Sequence record: SRR31156797_10522
Length of the DNA stretch: 20,000 nucleotides
Reading direction: 5' to 3' (one strand)
The position numbers were made by a program, and so were the translations under genes. Every line of letters starts with the position of its first letter. Position 1 is the stretch's first letter. Positions 8,737 through 16,282 of the stretch are shown here, in pieces. Below the pieces are notes generated by a model. It searched no databases, was not told the origin of the DNA, and saw only the letters and a list, made by a program, of their open reading frames with translations.

Positions 8737-8810
8737 AATTATGAATTATTAGTTATGAATGATAAATTTATACCTCAGAATTCTTAATATATCATTGATA
8801 ATTTATAATT
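8737..8810 (+). repeat. Inverted heptamer-repeat hairpin: (AATTATG-like)x5, 4-nt loop, (CATAATT-like)x5
   Basis: Left units aattatg, aattatt, agttatg, aatgata, aatttat; right units cagaatt, cttaata, tatcatt, gataatt, tataatt. The outer 17 bp pair contiguously with 3 G-U pairs. Confidence 0.75.
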
Positions 8811-8816
8811 AACAAG

Positions 8817-9584
8817 ATGAGATCACACGAAGTAGATTATAAAATTCACGGGAACGATATTCAGTTAGTTGAAGTAGAGTTAGATCCTAACGAAACAGTT
8901 ATTGCGGAAGCCGGTGCCATGTCTTACATGGAAGAAGGTATCGATTTTGAAACCAAAATGGGCGATGGATCGGAACCAGAACAAGGTTTATTCGGAAAAA
9001 TATTATCTGCTGGTTCCCGATTAATAACAGGTGAATCGGTATTTTTAACACACTTTACTCATCGTGGTTATGGAAAGGCTAAAGTTGCATTTGCAGCTCC
9101 TTATCCGGGAACTATTATGCCTATTGATTTGCAAAAATCAGGTGGTTCGTTAATTGTTCAGAAAGATGGATTTTTGTGTGCTGCCTTGGGAACAAAAGTG
9201 AGTATTACCTTCAATCAGAAAATTGGCTCAGCATTGTTTGGGGGTGAGGGTTTTATCTTGCAAAAATTGGAAGGCGATGGAATGGCTTTTGTTCATGCAG
9301 GAGGAACTGTTATCGAAAAAGAGTTGAATAATCAGACCTTAAGAGTTGATACCGGTTGTGTGGTTGCTTTCGAAGAAGGAATAGAATTTTCGGTACAAAA
9401 AGCCGGAGGATTAAAATCCATGTTTTTTGGTGGAGAGGGACTGTTTTTAGCCACTCTAAAAGGCACTGGAAAAGTTTGGTTACAATCTATGCCAATTCGA
9501 AAATTGGTTAAAGCAATAGCTCCTCATGGCGAAAACAGAGGAAAAGGATCAAGTTCGATACTTGGAGAATTTCTTGAAGATTAA
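8817..9584 (+). CDS. TIGR00266 / AIM24 family protein
   Basis: [28 protein letters not shown], repeated [32 protein letters not shown]. Confidence 0.92.
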   Translation: MRSHEVDYKIHGNDIQLVEVELDPNETVIAEAGAMSYMEEGIDFETKMGDGSEPEQGLFGKILSAGSRLITGESVFLTHFTHRGYGKAKVAFAAPYPGTIMPIDLQKSGGSLIVQKDGFLCAALGTKVSITFNQKIGSALFGGEGFILQKLEGDGMAFVHAGGTVIEKELNNQTLRVDTGCVVAFEEGIEFSVQKAGGLKSMFFGGEGLFLATLKGTGKVWLQSMPIRKLVKAIAPHGENRGKGSSSILGEFLED

Positions 9585-9609
9585 ATAAAAGATCAGAATT
9601 AAAACACAT

Positions 9610-9635
9610 AGCACGTAACAATTACGTGCTTTTTT
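9610..9635 (+). terminator. Rho-independent terminator
   Basis: AGCACGTAA-CAA-TTACGTGCT plus T run. Confidence 0.85.
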
Positions 9636-9692
9636 CATACTATCAGTGAACTGTAATTGTTAAAAATTACATTCATTTAATTTCTTAATACA

Positions 9693-10724
9693 ATGGCAAA
9701 AGTACTTGAACCGAAAGAATTTCTTGAATTGGGAAAAACCATTCCAATGGTTGATGTTAGAACTTCAGCAGAATTCGAAAACGGTCATATTCCAGGCGCA
9801 TCTAACTTACCAATTTTCACAAACGATGAAAGGGCTGTAGTTGGAACCAAATACAAGAGAGCTGGTAAAGATTCTGCTGTTTTATTAGGATTGGAATTGG
9901 TAGGACCCAAATTGGCAAGGTTTGTTAGAATGGCTAAGAAAATATCACCTCAAAAAGAGATATTGATTCATTGCTGGCGAGGTGGTATGCGAAGTGGTAG
10001 CATGGCTTGGTTATTCGAGACTGCTGGTTTTAAGGTGTTTTTATTGAAAGGTGGTTATAAGGCATATCGTTCATACATTAGAGAGCAATTTGCACAAAAA
10101 TCGAAGGTACTTATTTTAGGAGGAATGACCGGTAGTGGAAAAACAGAAGTTTTGCATGAAATGCAAAAACAAGGTGCTCAGGTTTTGGATTTGGAAGGTG
10201 TTGCCAATCATAAAGGATCTGTATTTGGCGCTTTAGGTCAGGAAAATCAGCCAAGTAACGAAAGTTTTGAAAACGAACTGGCTAAACATTGGTTAGATTT
10301 TGATAATGACAAACCTGTTTGGCTGGAAGATGAAAGCAAATCAATTGGTTCTGTATGGATTAATGATGCATTATTTGAAAGAATGCGATCGGCTGAGGTA
10401 ATTAAGATGGAATTGCCCAAAAAGGAACGAATCAATAGATTGGTAAAAGAATATGCCTGCTTTGAAAGAGAAGTTTTGGCTCACATGATATCAAAAATTG
10501 AAAAGCGATTAGGCGGATTAAATGTAAAAAAATCATACGAGAGTTTGGAGATAAATGATTTTGCTACCGTTGCTGATATTACCTTAAGTTATTACGACAA
10601 AGCCTATAATCATGGGTTGGAAAAGAGAGAAGGTCAAACCATTCACAGTTTAGAGCTTGAGAAGGACAATCCAGTTGAAAATGCCCGATTAATTTTAGAG
10701 TTTTACAAGAATTTAGAAAAATAG
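9693..10724 (+). CDS. mnmH: tRNA 2-selenouridine(34) synthase / geranyltransferase (MnmH/SelU)
   Basis: Rhodanese domain (DVRT..EF..GHIPGA, HCWRGGMRS, GGYKAYR) plus P-loop GMTGSGKT, DLEGVANHKGSVFG, LEDES..IG, YYDKAY. Confidence 0.95.
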   Translation: MAKVLEPKEFLELGKTIPMVDVRTSAEFENGHIPGASNLPIFTNDERAVVGTKYKRAGKDSAVLLGLELVGPKLARFVRMAKKISPQKEILIHCWRGGMRSGSMAWLFETAGFKVFLLKGGYKAYRSYIREQFAQKSKVLILGGMTGSGKTEVLHEMQKQGAQVLDLEGVANHKGSVFGALGQENQPSNESFENELAKHWLDFDNDKPVWLEDESKSIGSVWINDALFERMRSAEVIKMELPKKERINRLVKEYACFEREVLAHMISKIEKRLGGLNVKKSYESLEINDFATVADITLSYYDKAYNHGLEKREGQTIHSLELEKDNPVENARLILEFYKNLEK

Positions 10725-10725
10725 C

Positions 10726-11250
10726 TTAGTTAACAACACAAACAATAGTTATTTCCACCTCTTTCCCTACAAGAATTCCACTTTTGGGACCAATTTTATA
10801 ATCAAGCCGGTTAACTTTTAGTTTTCCGGTATAGGTGTTTCGTGAGTAGTTGAAAACTATTTCAACATTTTTACTTTCACCGTGCATGTTTAAAACACCT
10901 TTGGCAATATAGCTCATTCCTGCATTAACAACTAAATTAGACGAAAAACAGATTTCTGGATAATTTTCAACATCGAAGTATTCAATTTTTTTTAAATGTT
11001 CGTCTCTTTTTTTCATTTTGGTATTGATAGTTGACGCGTCAATACAGACCTTGAAGAAAGATTCTGATATATTTCCTGGCTCAAACTTGAAAGATCCTTG
11101 CATGCCTTTAAAAGTACCTTTAACCTTATTTGCACCAAGGTTCGATACCTTAAAATTTACAACAGATTGTTCAGGATTGATATTTTGAGAAGAGCATAAA
11201 AATGGAATACAACTAATGATTACAATTAAGATAATAAGTTTTCCTTTCAT
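10726..11250 (-). CDS. YceI family periplasmic polyisoprenoid/lipid-binding protein
   Basis: Signal peptide; S.VNFKV, VKGTF, IDASTINT, RDEHLK..EYFDVENYPEI.F, GVLNMHG, NRLDYKIG. Confidence 0.92.
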   Translation of the reverse strand: MKGKLIILIVIISCIPFLCSSQNINPEQSVVNFKVSNLGANKVKGTFKGMQGSFKFEPGNISESFFKVCIDASTINTKMKKRDEHLKKIEYFDVENYPEICFSSNLVVNAGMSYIAKGVLNMHGESKNVEIVFNYSRNTYTGKLKVNRLDYKIGPKSGILVGKEVEITIVCVVN

Positions 11251-11282
11251 GATATGTCCTTTCCATTTGATGCGACTATAAA

Positions 11283-11315
11283 CAAATATAAGCCATAATG
11301 TGTGATCAGTACAAA
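11283..11315 (-). promoter_or_regulatory. Bacteroidota promoter for the YceI gene (TTTG-N21-TATATTTG)
   Basis: On the plus strand, CAAATATA at 11283-11290 and CAAA at 11312-11315 give consensus -7/-33 elements on the minus strand. Confidence 0.7.
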
Positions 11316-11442
11316 CCTATTGCTCTATTTAAGAGCGTGTTTTGTGTAATATAAAGGATTCTTTCGCACTTTTTTATTTGTATGAATAAGAATTAAATCG
11401 ATTTGTCGTTACCTTTATCAGAAACCTTTTAATTGGAACTAT

Positions 11443-12588
11443 TTGGACTCTTATCTTAAAAACCGGAATTGGAAATACCATTTTTTAATAGTGGCTGTAA
11501 TTATTATCCTTGGCTCAATTTTGTATACCAATAATTTGGTTGAAAAGCTGGCAAGAGAAGAAGCTAAAAAAGTGGAACTGTGGGCTGTAGGAATTCGTGA
11601 GCTGGATACAAATCCAAATCAGGATGTTACTTTAATCCATAATATAATGGAACAAAATGAGACCATTCCTGTTATTTTGGCTGATGAGAATGATTATATT
11701 ATTGCTCATCGAAATATTAATTTTCCAGAAAATCAGGAAGAAAAATTTTTAAGAGCGAAACTTTCTAAAATGAAAGAAGAGAATCACTCTATTGAAATTC
11801 AGCTGGTGAATAGCAAAAACTTTATTTACTACGACGATTCAAATATTCTAAAACGATTGGCTTGGTATCCGTTTATTCAGTTAGGAGCAATCGTTACGTT
11901 TATTTTGATAGCATTTTTAGCTTTTTCGTATTCTAAATCGGCAGAACAGAACAGAGTTTGGGTTGGTATGTCAAAAGAAACAGCACATCAATTGGGTACT
12001 CCAATTAGCTCTTTAATGGCTTGGATGGAATTGATAAAATCAGGACATGTAGATTTAGGTTTAGCCGAAGAAATGAGTAAAGATGTTACTCGATTACAGG
12101 TTATTGCTGAGCGATTCTCCAAAATTGGATCTAAACCTGTACTAAAATCAGTTAATATTCGCGAAAGCATAGGAACAAGTATCGAATATTTGAAAAAAAG
12201 AACTTCGGGAAAGGTGGAATTTATTTTTACGGTGGTAAATGTGAACAAAGAAATCATTTCTTTGAACAAGGAGTTGTTTTCATGGGTGATTGAAAATTTG
12301 ACTAGAAATGCTGTCGATGCTATGGAAGGAAAAGGGATATTGAGGTTTTCATTGACAGAGAAAAATAACGATATCGTGCTGGATATAAGCGATACAGGAA
12401 GAGGAATATCAAAAAAAATGTTTAAATCAATATTTAAACCTGGCTATACTTCAAAGAAAAGAGGATGGGGCTTAGGTTTGTCTTTAGCAAAGAGAATTAT
12501 TGAAAATTATCATCAGGGGAAAATATTTGTTTTGAGCTCTGAATTGGGCAAGGGAACGGTTTTCAGGATTATTTTGCCAATAAAGTGA
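11443..12588 (+). CDS. Two-TM sensor histidine kinase (HisKA + HATPase_c)
   Basis: Two TM helices, H-box ETAHQLGTP, N-box ENLTRNAVDAM, DTGRGI, IFKPGYTSKKRGWGLGLSL. TTG start, with a TACCTTTA -7 variant at 11410-11417. Confidence 0.9.
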   Translation: MDSYLKNRNWKYHFLIVAVIIILGSILYTNNLVEKLAREEAKKVELWAVGIRELDTNPNQDVTLIHNIMEQNETIPVILADENDYIIAHRNINFPENQEEKFLRAKLSKMKEENHSIEIQLVNSKNFIYYDDSNILKRLAWYPFIQLGAIVTFILIAFLAFSYSKSAEQNRVWVGMSKETAHQLGTPISSLMAWMELIKSGHVDLGLAEEMSKDVTRLQVIAERFSKIGSKPVLKSVNIRESIGTSIEYLKKRTSGKVEFIFTVVNVNKEIISLNKELFSWVIENLTRNAVDAMEGKGILRFSLTEKNNDIVLDISDTGRGISKKMFKSIFKPGYTSKKRGWGLGLSLAKRIIENYHQGKIFVLSSELGKGTVFRIILPIK

Positions 12589-12618
12589 ACCAATTGGTTT
12601 TCAAATAGTGGAAATTGT

Positions 12619-12649
12619 TTTGAAAGCAAAAAAGAACTGCTTACTTTTG
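12619..12649 (+). promoter_or_regulatory. Consensus Bacteroidota promoter P1 of yceD-rpmF-fabH
   Basis: TTTG at 12619-12622, a 19-nt spacer, TACTTTTG at 12642-12649. Confidence 0.8.
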
Positions 12650-12758
12650 CAGCCCGTTTTTCACGGAATTAGTTATTGAAACTGTATTTCAGTTCAGTAA
12701 TTGCTTGAAATTGACAAAAAAGATGTATTTTTTTGTGAATTCGTAAGATTAATTTTTA

Positions 12759-12766
12759 TACTTTTG
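12759..12766 (+). promoter_or_regulatory. Second -7 element (P2) directly before yceD
   Basis: TACTTTTG followed by CA. Confidence 0.6.
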
Positions 12767-12777
12767 CAAAGTTTTAT

Positions 12778-13314
12778 TTGAATATTTTGGAAAATATCAC
12801 AAAATATACGATTCCTTTTAAAGGATTAAAAGATGGAAAGCACGAATTCAATTTCGATGTTGACCATGAGTTTTTTAAAAACTTTCAGACGGAAGATGTT
12901 TACGAGGCTGAAGCAAAAGTAAAAATAGCTTTTGAGAAAAAAACCTTAGTAACAACTTTGGCATTTGACTTAAAGGGAAAATTGAAAATAGCCTGTGACA
13001 GGTGTTTGGAAGAATTAAGTTTAGATGTGGAAGGTGAAAACTTTTTGTATTTAAAATTTGGAGAAGAACACGAAGAATTGGCTGAAGATGTAATTGTGTT
13101 AGCAGAATCTGATAACGAGATTAACGTTGCACAGTACATATATGAGTTGTTTTCACTAAGCTTACCGTTGAGCTTTGTTCATCCCGAAGATGAAGATGGA
13201 AACAGCACTTGTAATGAGGAAATGATTCAAAAATTGAATGACCTCTCGGTGAATGAGGAAGAGAAGATTGACCCGAGATGGAATGATTTAAGAAAATTGA
13301 TTGATAATAACTAG
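12778..13314 (+). CDS. yceD: DUF177 / YceD family protein (23S rRNA accumulation)
   Basis: IPFKGLKDGKHEF, CDRCL, IDPRW..L and position just before rpmF. Start is TTG 12778 or 12787. Confidence 0.9.
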   Translation: MNILENITKYTIPFKGLKDGKHEFNFDVDHEFFKNFQTEDVYEAEAKVKIAFEKKTLVTTLAFDLKGKLKIACDRCLEELSLDVEGENFLYLKFGEEHEELAEDVIVLAESDNEINVAQYIYELFSLSLPLSFVHPEDEDGNSTCNEEMIQKLNDLSVNEEEKIDPRWNDLRKLIDNN

Positions 13315-13331
13315 TTAAATAGGTTTGAAAA

Positions 13332-13517
13332 ATGGCACATCCAAAACACAGAACGTCGAAGCAGAGAAGAAATAAGAGAAGATCTCATCTTAAAACAACT
13401 CCTGCAACTTTAGCATCTTGCTCAAATTGTGGAGCAACTGTTAAATATCACACTGTTTGCCCTGAGTGCGGTTATTACAGAGGCAAATTGGCTATCGAAA
13501 AAGAAGTTACAGCATAA
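13332..13517 (+). CDS. rpmF: 50S ribosomal protein L32 (zinc-ribbon form)
   Basis: MAHPKHRTSKQRRNKRRSH; CSNC...CPECGYYRGK. Confidence 0.98.
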   Translation: MAHPKHRTSKQRRNKRRSHLKTTPATLASCSNCGATVKYHTVCPECGYYRGKLAIEKEVTA

Positions 13518-13739
13518 TCTGAGTAAAATAATTCAGATTTGAAGCTATATGTAAATTTGCTCCTCGGATATTTCTCAGGGGCAAATTTGCGTTATACATT
13601 ATTGAATTAATGCCCTATTATATTGGTGTAAACCAATGGGCTTGTAAAGGTTAAAATTACCCAAACAAGTGGTGATATAGGGATAAATTCTGTATAATTG
13701 TGAGCCTATTATCTGATAAAAACTAAGTAAGCTTAAACA

Positions 13740-14738
13740 ATGTCAAAAATTAATGCAGTTATAACAGGAGTTGGGGCTTATCTACCCGACTACATTCTTA
13801 CCAATGATGAACTAAGTACAATGGTCGATACATCCGATGAATGGATCATGACCCGTATTGGTATCAAAGAAAGAAGAATTCTAAAAGGAGAAGGTAAAGG
13901 ATCTTCGGATCTTGGACAAAAAGCAGTTGAAGAGCTATTGCGAAAGACTGGAACTTCACCTGAAGAGGTTGATTTGTTGATTTGTGCAACTGTAACTCCC
14001 GACATGCAATTTCCGGCTACAGCAAATATCATTAGTGATAAAGTGGGGATTAATAACGCATTCAGTTTTGACTTAAATGCAGGCTGTTCGGGATTTTTGT
14101 TTGCATTAGCAACAGGTTCAAAATATATTACTTCTGGTTTGTACAAGAAAGTAATAATTGTAGGTTCAGAAAAAATGTCTTCAATTGTAGATTATTCTGA
14201 TCGTCAGACTTGTCCTATTTTTGGTGATGGAGCAGCGGCAGTTATGCTAGAGCCTACTACTGAAAATGTTGGTATTGTAGATGAGATGTTGCATACTCAA
14301 GGATTTGGTCGCAAGCATTTACATCAAAAAGCTGGTGGATCATGCAAGCCGGCAAGTCACGAAACGGTTGATGCAAGAGAGCATTTCATTTATCAGGAAG
14401 GAAATCATGTATTCAAACATGCAGTTTCTAACATGGCAGATGTTTCTGTTGAAATGATGGAAAAACACAACATGACTGCTGATGATTTAGCTTGGTTGGT
14501 TCCACATCAGGCAAACAATCGTATTATCGAAGCTACAGCTAAACGAATGGGCTTAGCTAAAGAAAAAGTGATGATTAACATCGAGAAATACGGAAACACG
14601 ACTTCAGCTACAATTCCATTGTGTTTGTGGGAGTGGGAAAATCAATTGAAAAAAGGAGATAATATTATTCTTTCAGGATTTGGAGCAGGTTTTACCTGGG
14701 GATCTATCTTGTTGAAATGGGGTTACGATCCTAAATAA
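13740..14738 (+). CDS. fabH: 3-oxoacyl-ACP synthase III
   Basis: DTSDEWI.TR.GI, catalytic [33 protein letters not shown]. Confidence 0.97.
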   Translation: MSKINAVITGVGAYLPDYILTNDELSTMVDTSDEWIMTRIGIKERRILKGEGKGSSDLGQKAVEELLRKTGTSPEEVDLLICATVTPDMQFPATANIISDKVGINNAFSFDLNAGCSGFLFALATGSKYITSGLYKKVIIVGSEKMSSIVDYSDRQTCPIFGDGAAAVMLEPTTENVGIVDEMLHTQGFGRKHLHQKAGGSCKPASHETVDAREHFIYQEGNHVFKHAVSNMADVSVEMMEKHNMTADDLAWLVPHQANNRIIEATAKRMGLAKEKVMINIEKYGNTTSATIPLCLWEWENQLKKGDNIILSGFGAGFTWGSILLKWGYDPK

Positions 14739-14763
14739 GATCAATATTATTAAAAGATATAGT

Positions 14764-14792
14764 AAAGGCTTCCAATTTGGGAGCCTTTTTTT
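14764..14792 (+). terminator. Rho-independent terminator after fabH
   Basis: AAAGGCTTCCA / TGGGAGCCTTT stem plus T7. Confidence 0.9.
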
Positions 14793-14836
14793 GTTTTCAA
14801 TCATTCACTTTAAGTGGGATTTATGCTTCAAATTTT

Positions 14837-14844
14837 TATATTTG
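14837..14844 (+). promoter_or_regulatory. -7 element, probable promoter of the bactofilin-atp operon
   Basis: TATATTTG just downstream of the fabH terminator, about 200 nt before the next ATG. Confidence 0.55.
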
Positions 14845-15046
14845 TAGGTGCCACGAACTTAAGTAAAGGAGATTTAGAAATTAGATGCAAAGTTCGTATA
14901 CTTTTTTATAAATTTTTGAGTTGATTAATAGAGTCAATTCTAGATGAATCCGACAATTTTAGCAGAATAATATCCAAGAACTATCATTTTATTACTGCTA
15001 TCATTATTTAAAAATCGGTTTTGTCACCATCAATACGATTTCAAAC

Positions 15047-15439
15047 ATGTTTAGTAAAAAAGATAAAATGAGCAGAAACAACGAAGTACAACCAACAGCT
15101 GTAAACCTTATTTGCGATGGAACATCTATTAAAGGAGATGTACAGGCATCAAGAGATATCCGTATTGATGGATATTTGAACGGAAAAATGCAAGTTAATG
15201 GTAAAGTTGTAGTTGGAAATACTGGAAAAATTGAAGGAGATGTGAATTGTAAAACAATTGATGTATCTGGAAGAGTTGAAGGAAATATTATTGCTTCAGA
15301 AATGGTGAATCTGAAATCAACGGCATTAATATTGGGAAATATTGCAACTGATAAAATTTCGGTAGAGCCGGGAGCTAAGTTTACTGGATCTTGTAAAATG
15401 GGTGAAGTAGCACCTAAGCAGGATGAAAAGAAAAAATAA
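15047..15439 (+). CDS. Bactofilin (polymer-forming cytoskeletal protein)
   Basis: Beta-helix repeats GTSIKGDV, IRIDG, GKVVVG..GKIEGDV, VSGRVEGNI, VEPGAKFTGSCKM. Confidence 0.93.
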   Translation: MFSKKDKMSRNNEVQPTAVNLICDGTSIKGDVQASRDIRIDGYLNGKMQVNGKVVVGNTGKIEGDVNCKTIDVSGRVEGNIIASEMVNLKSTALILGNIATDKISVEPGAKFTGSCKMGEVAPKQDEKKK

Positions 15440-15662
15440 ATCCGATAAGGAAGATAGTAAGAAAAAGCAATTTACCGGAGTATTAAAATATTCCGGTTTG
15501 GCTTTTCAAATGATAGTCATCATTTTACTTGTATTATATGCCGGTATGAAATTGGATGGCTATCTTAAGAATGACTTTCCCCTGTTTACCGTTATTGGTG
15601 CTTTTTTAGGTGTGATTTTGTCACTTTATTTTGCACTAAAAGATTTATTAAAAATGAAATAA
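15423..15662 (+). CDS. AtpZ/AtpI family (two-TM ATP synthase accessory) protein
   Basis: KYSGLAFQM...G.KLD...P.FT..G..LGV..SLY pattern; overlaps the bactofilin gene by 17 nt. Confidence 0.88.
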   Translation: MKRKNKSDKEDSKKKQFTGVLKYSGLAFQMIVIILLVLYAGMKLDGYLKNDFPLFTVIGAFLGVILSLYFALKDLLKMK

Positions 15663-15676
15663 GGCAGATTAAGGTT

Positions 15677-16069
15677 ATGGAAAAAAAATACAGAAACTAT
15701 ATTTATAAATTAGGATTGATATCAGTAATTCTTCTGACCATATCTGTAGGGCTTTTTTTAACGGTTCTAAAACCGTGGTTCAACTATATTTTTCCTTTTA
15801 TTATTTTGTATTTCTTCCTTTTTAACTCCTTTCAACATTTCAAATTGTTAAAATCTGCTAAAGGAGACCCCCGGGTTTTCCATACAAATTACATGGCTTG
15901 GTTCGGAATTAAATTATTTCTTAACCTAAGTTTTGTGATTGTTTACGTATTGCTAAACAAGGCACAGGCGTTGAGTTTTGTGCTGTTTTTTGCAGTTTGT
16001 TATATGGTGTATACCACTTTTGAAGTGATAGCATTAACTAAGACTTTAAGATCGGGAAATGTTAAATGA
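15677..16069 (+). CDS. Four-TM membrane protein, AtpI-like
   Basis: Four hydrophobic helices with F...YM....IKLF and Y..YT.FEV; sits directly before atpB. Function inferred from position. Confidence 0.7.
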   Translation: MEKKYRNYIYKLGLISVILLTISVGLFLTVLKPWFNYIFPFIILYFFLFNSFQHFKLLKSAKGDPRVFHTNYMAWFGIKLFLNLSFVIVYVLLNKAQALSFVLFFAVCYMVYTTFEVIALTKTLRSGNVK

Positions 16070-16073
16070 TTAT

Positions 16074-16099
16074 AAAAAGTTCGTTGAAGAACTTTTTTT
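16074..16099 (+). terminator. Weak terminator-like hairpin inside the operon
   Basis: AAAAAGTTC-GTTGAA-GAACTTTTTTT; the stem is AT-rich. Confidence 0.45.
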
Positions 16100-16282
16100 A
16101 TTAAATTTGGGAGACTAAATCAGGAGGGGATATTTTATAAGGAATATTCAAAAATGATTAGATTGAAGTCGAAAGACTAAATTAATAGAACCGATATAAA
16201 CAATTTAGTCGGTTTAAAAGATAAACAGATCGAATAGACCAAATGAAAGTTTGGGCTACTTATAAAAGCAAGTGATTTACGT

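Noticed and set aside
13518-13739. plsX missing between rpmF and fabH, possible remnant
   Set aside because: No PlsX-like motif (DAMGGD) was seen, and direct rpmF-fabH adjacency is usual in Bacteroidia and Flavobacteriia.
12586-16069. TGA stops (second kinase, AtpI-like gene) as possible selenocysteine codons, given mnmH
   Set aside because: Both fall at natural domain ends with no redox motif and no meaningful downstream frame.
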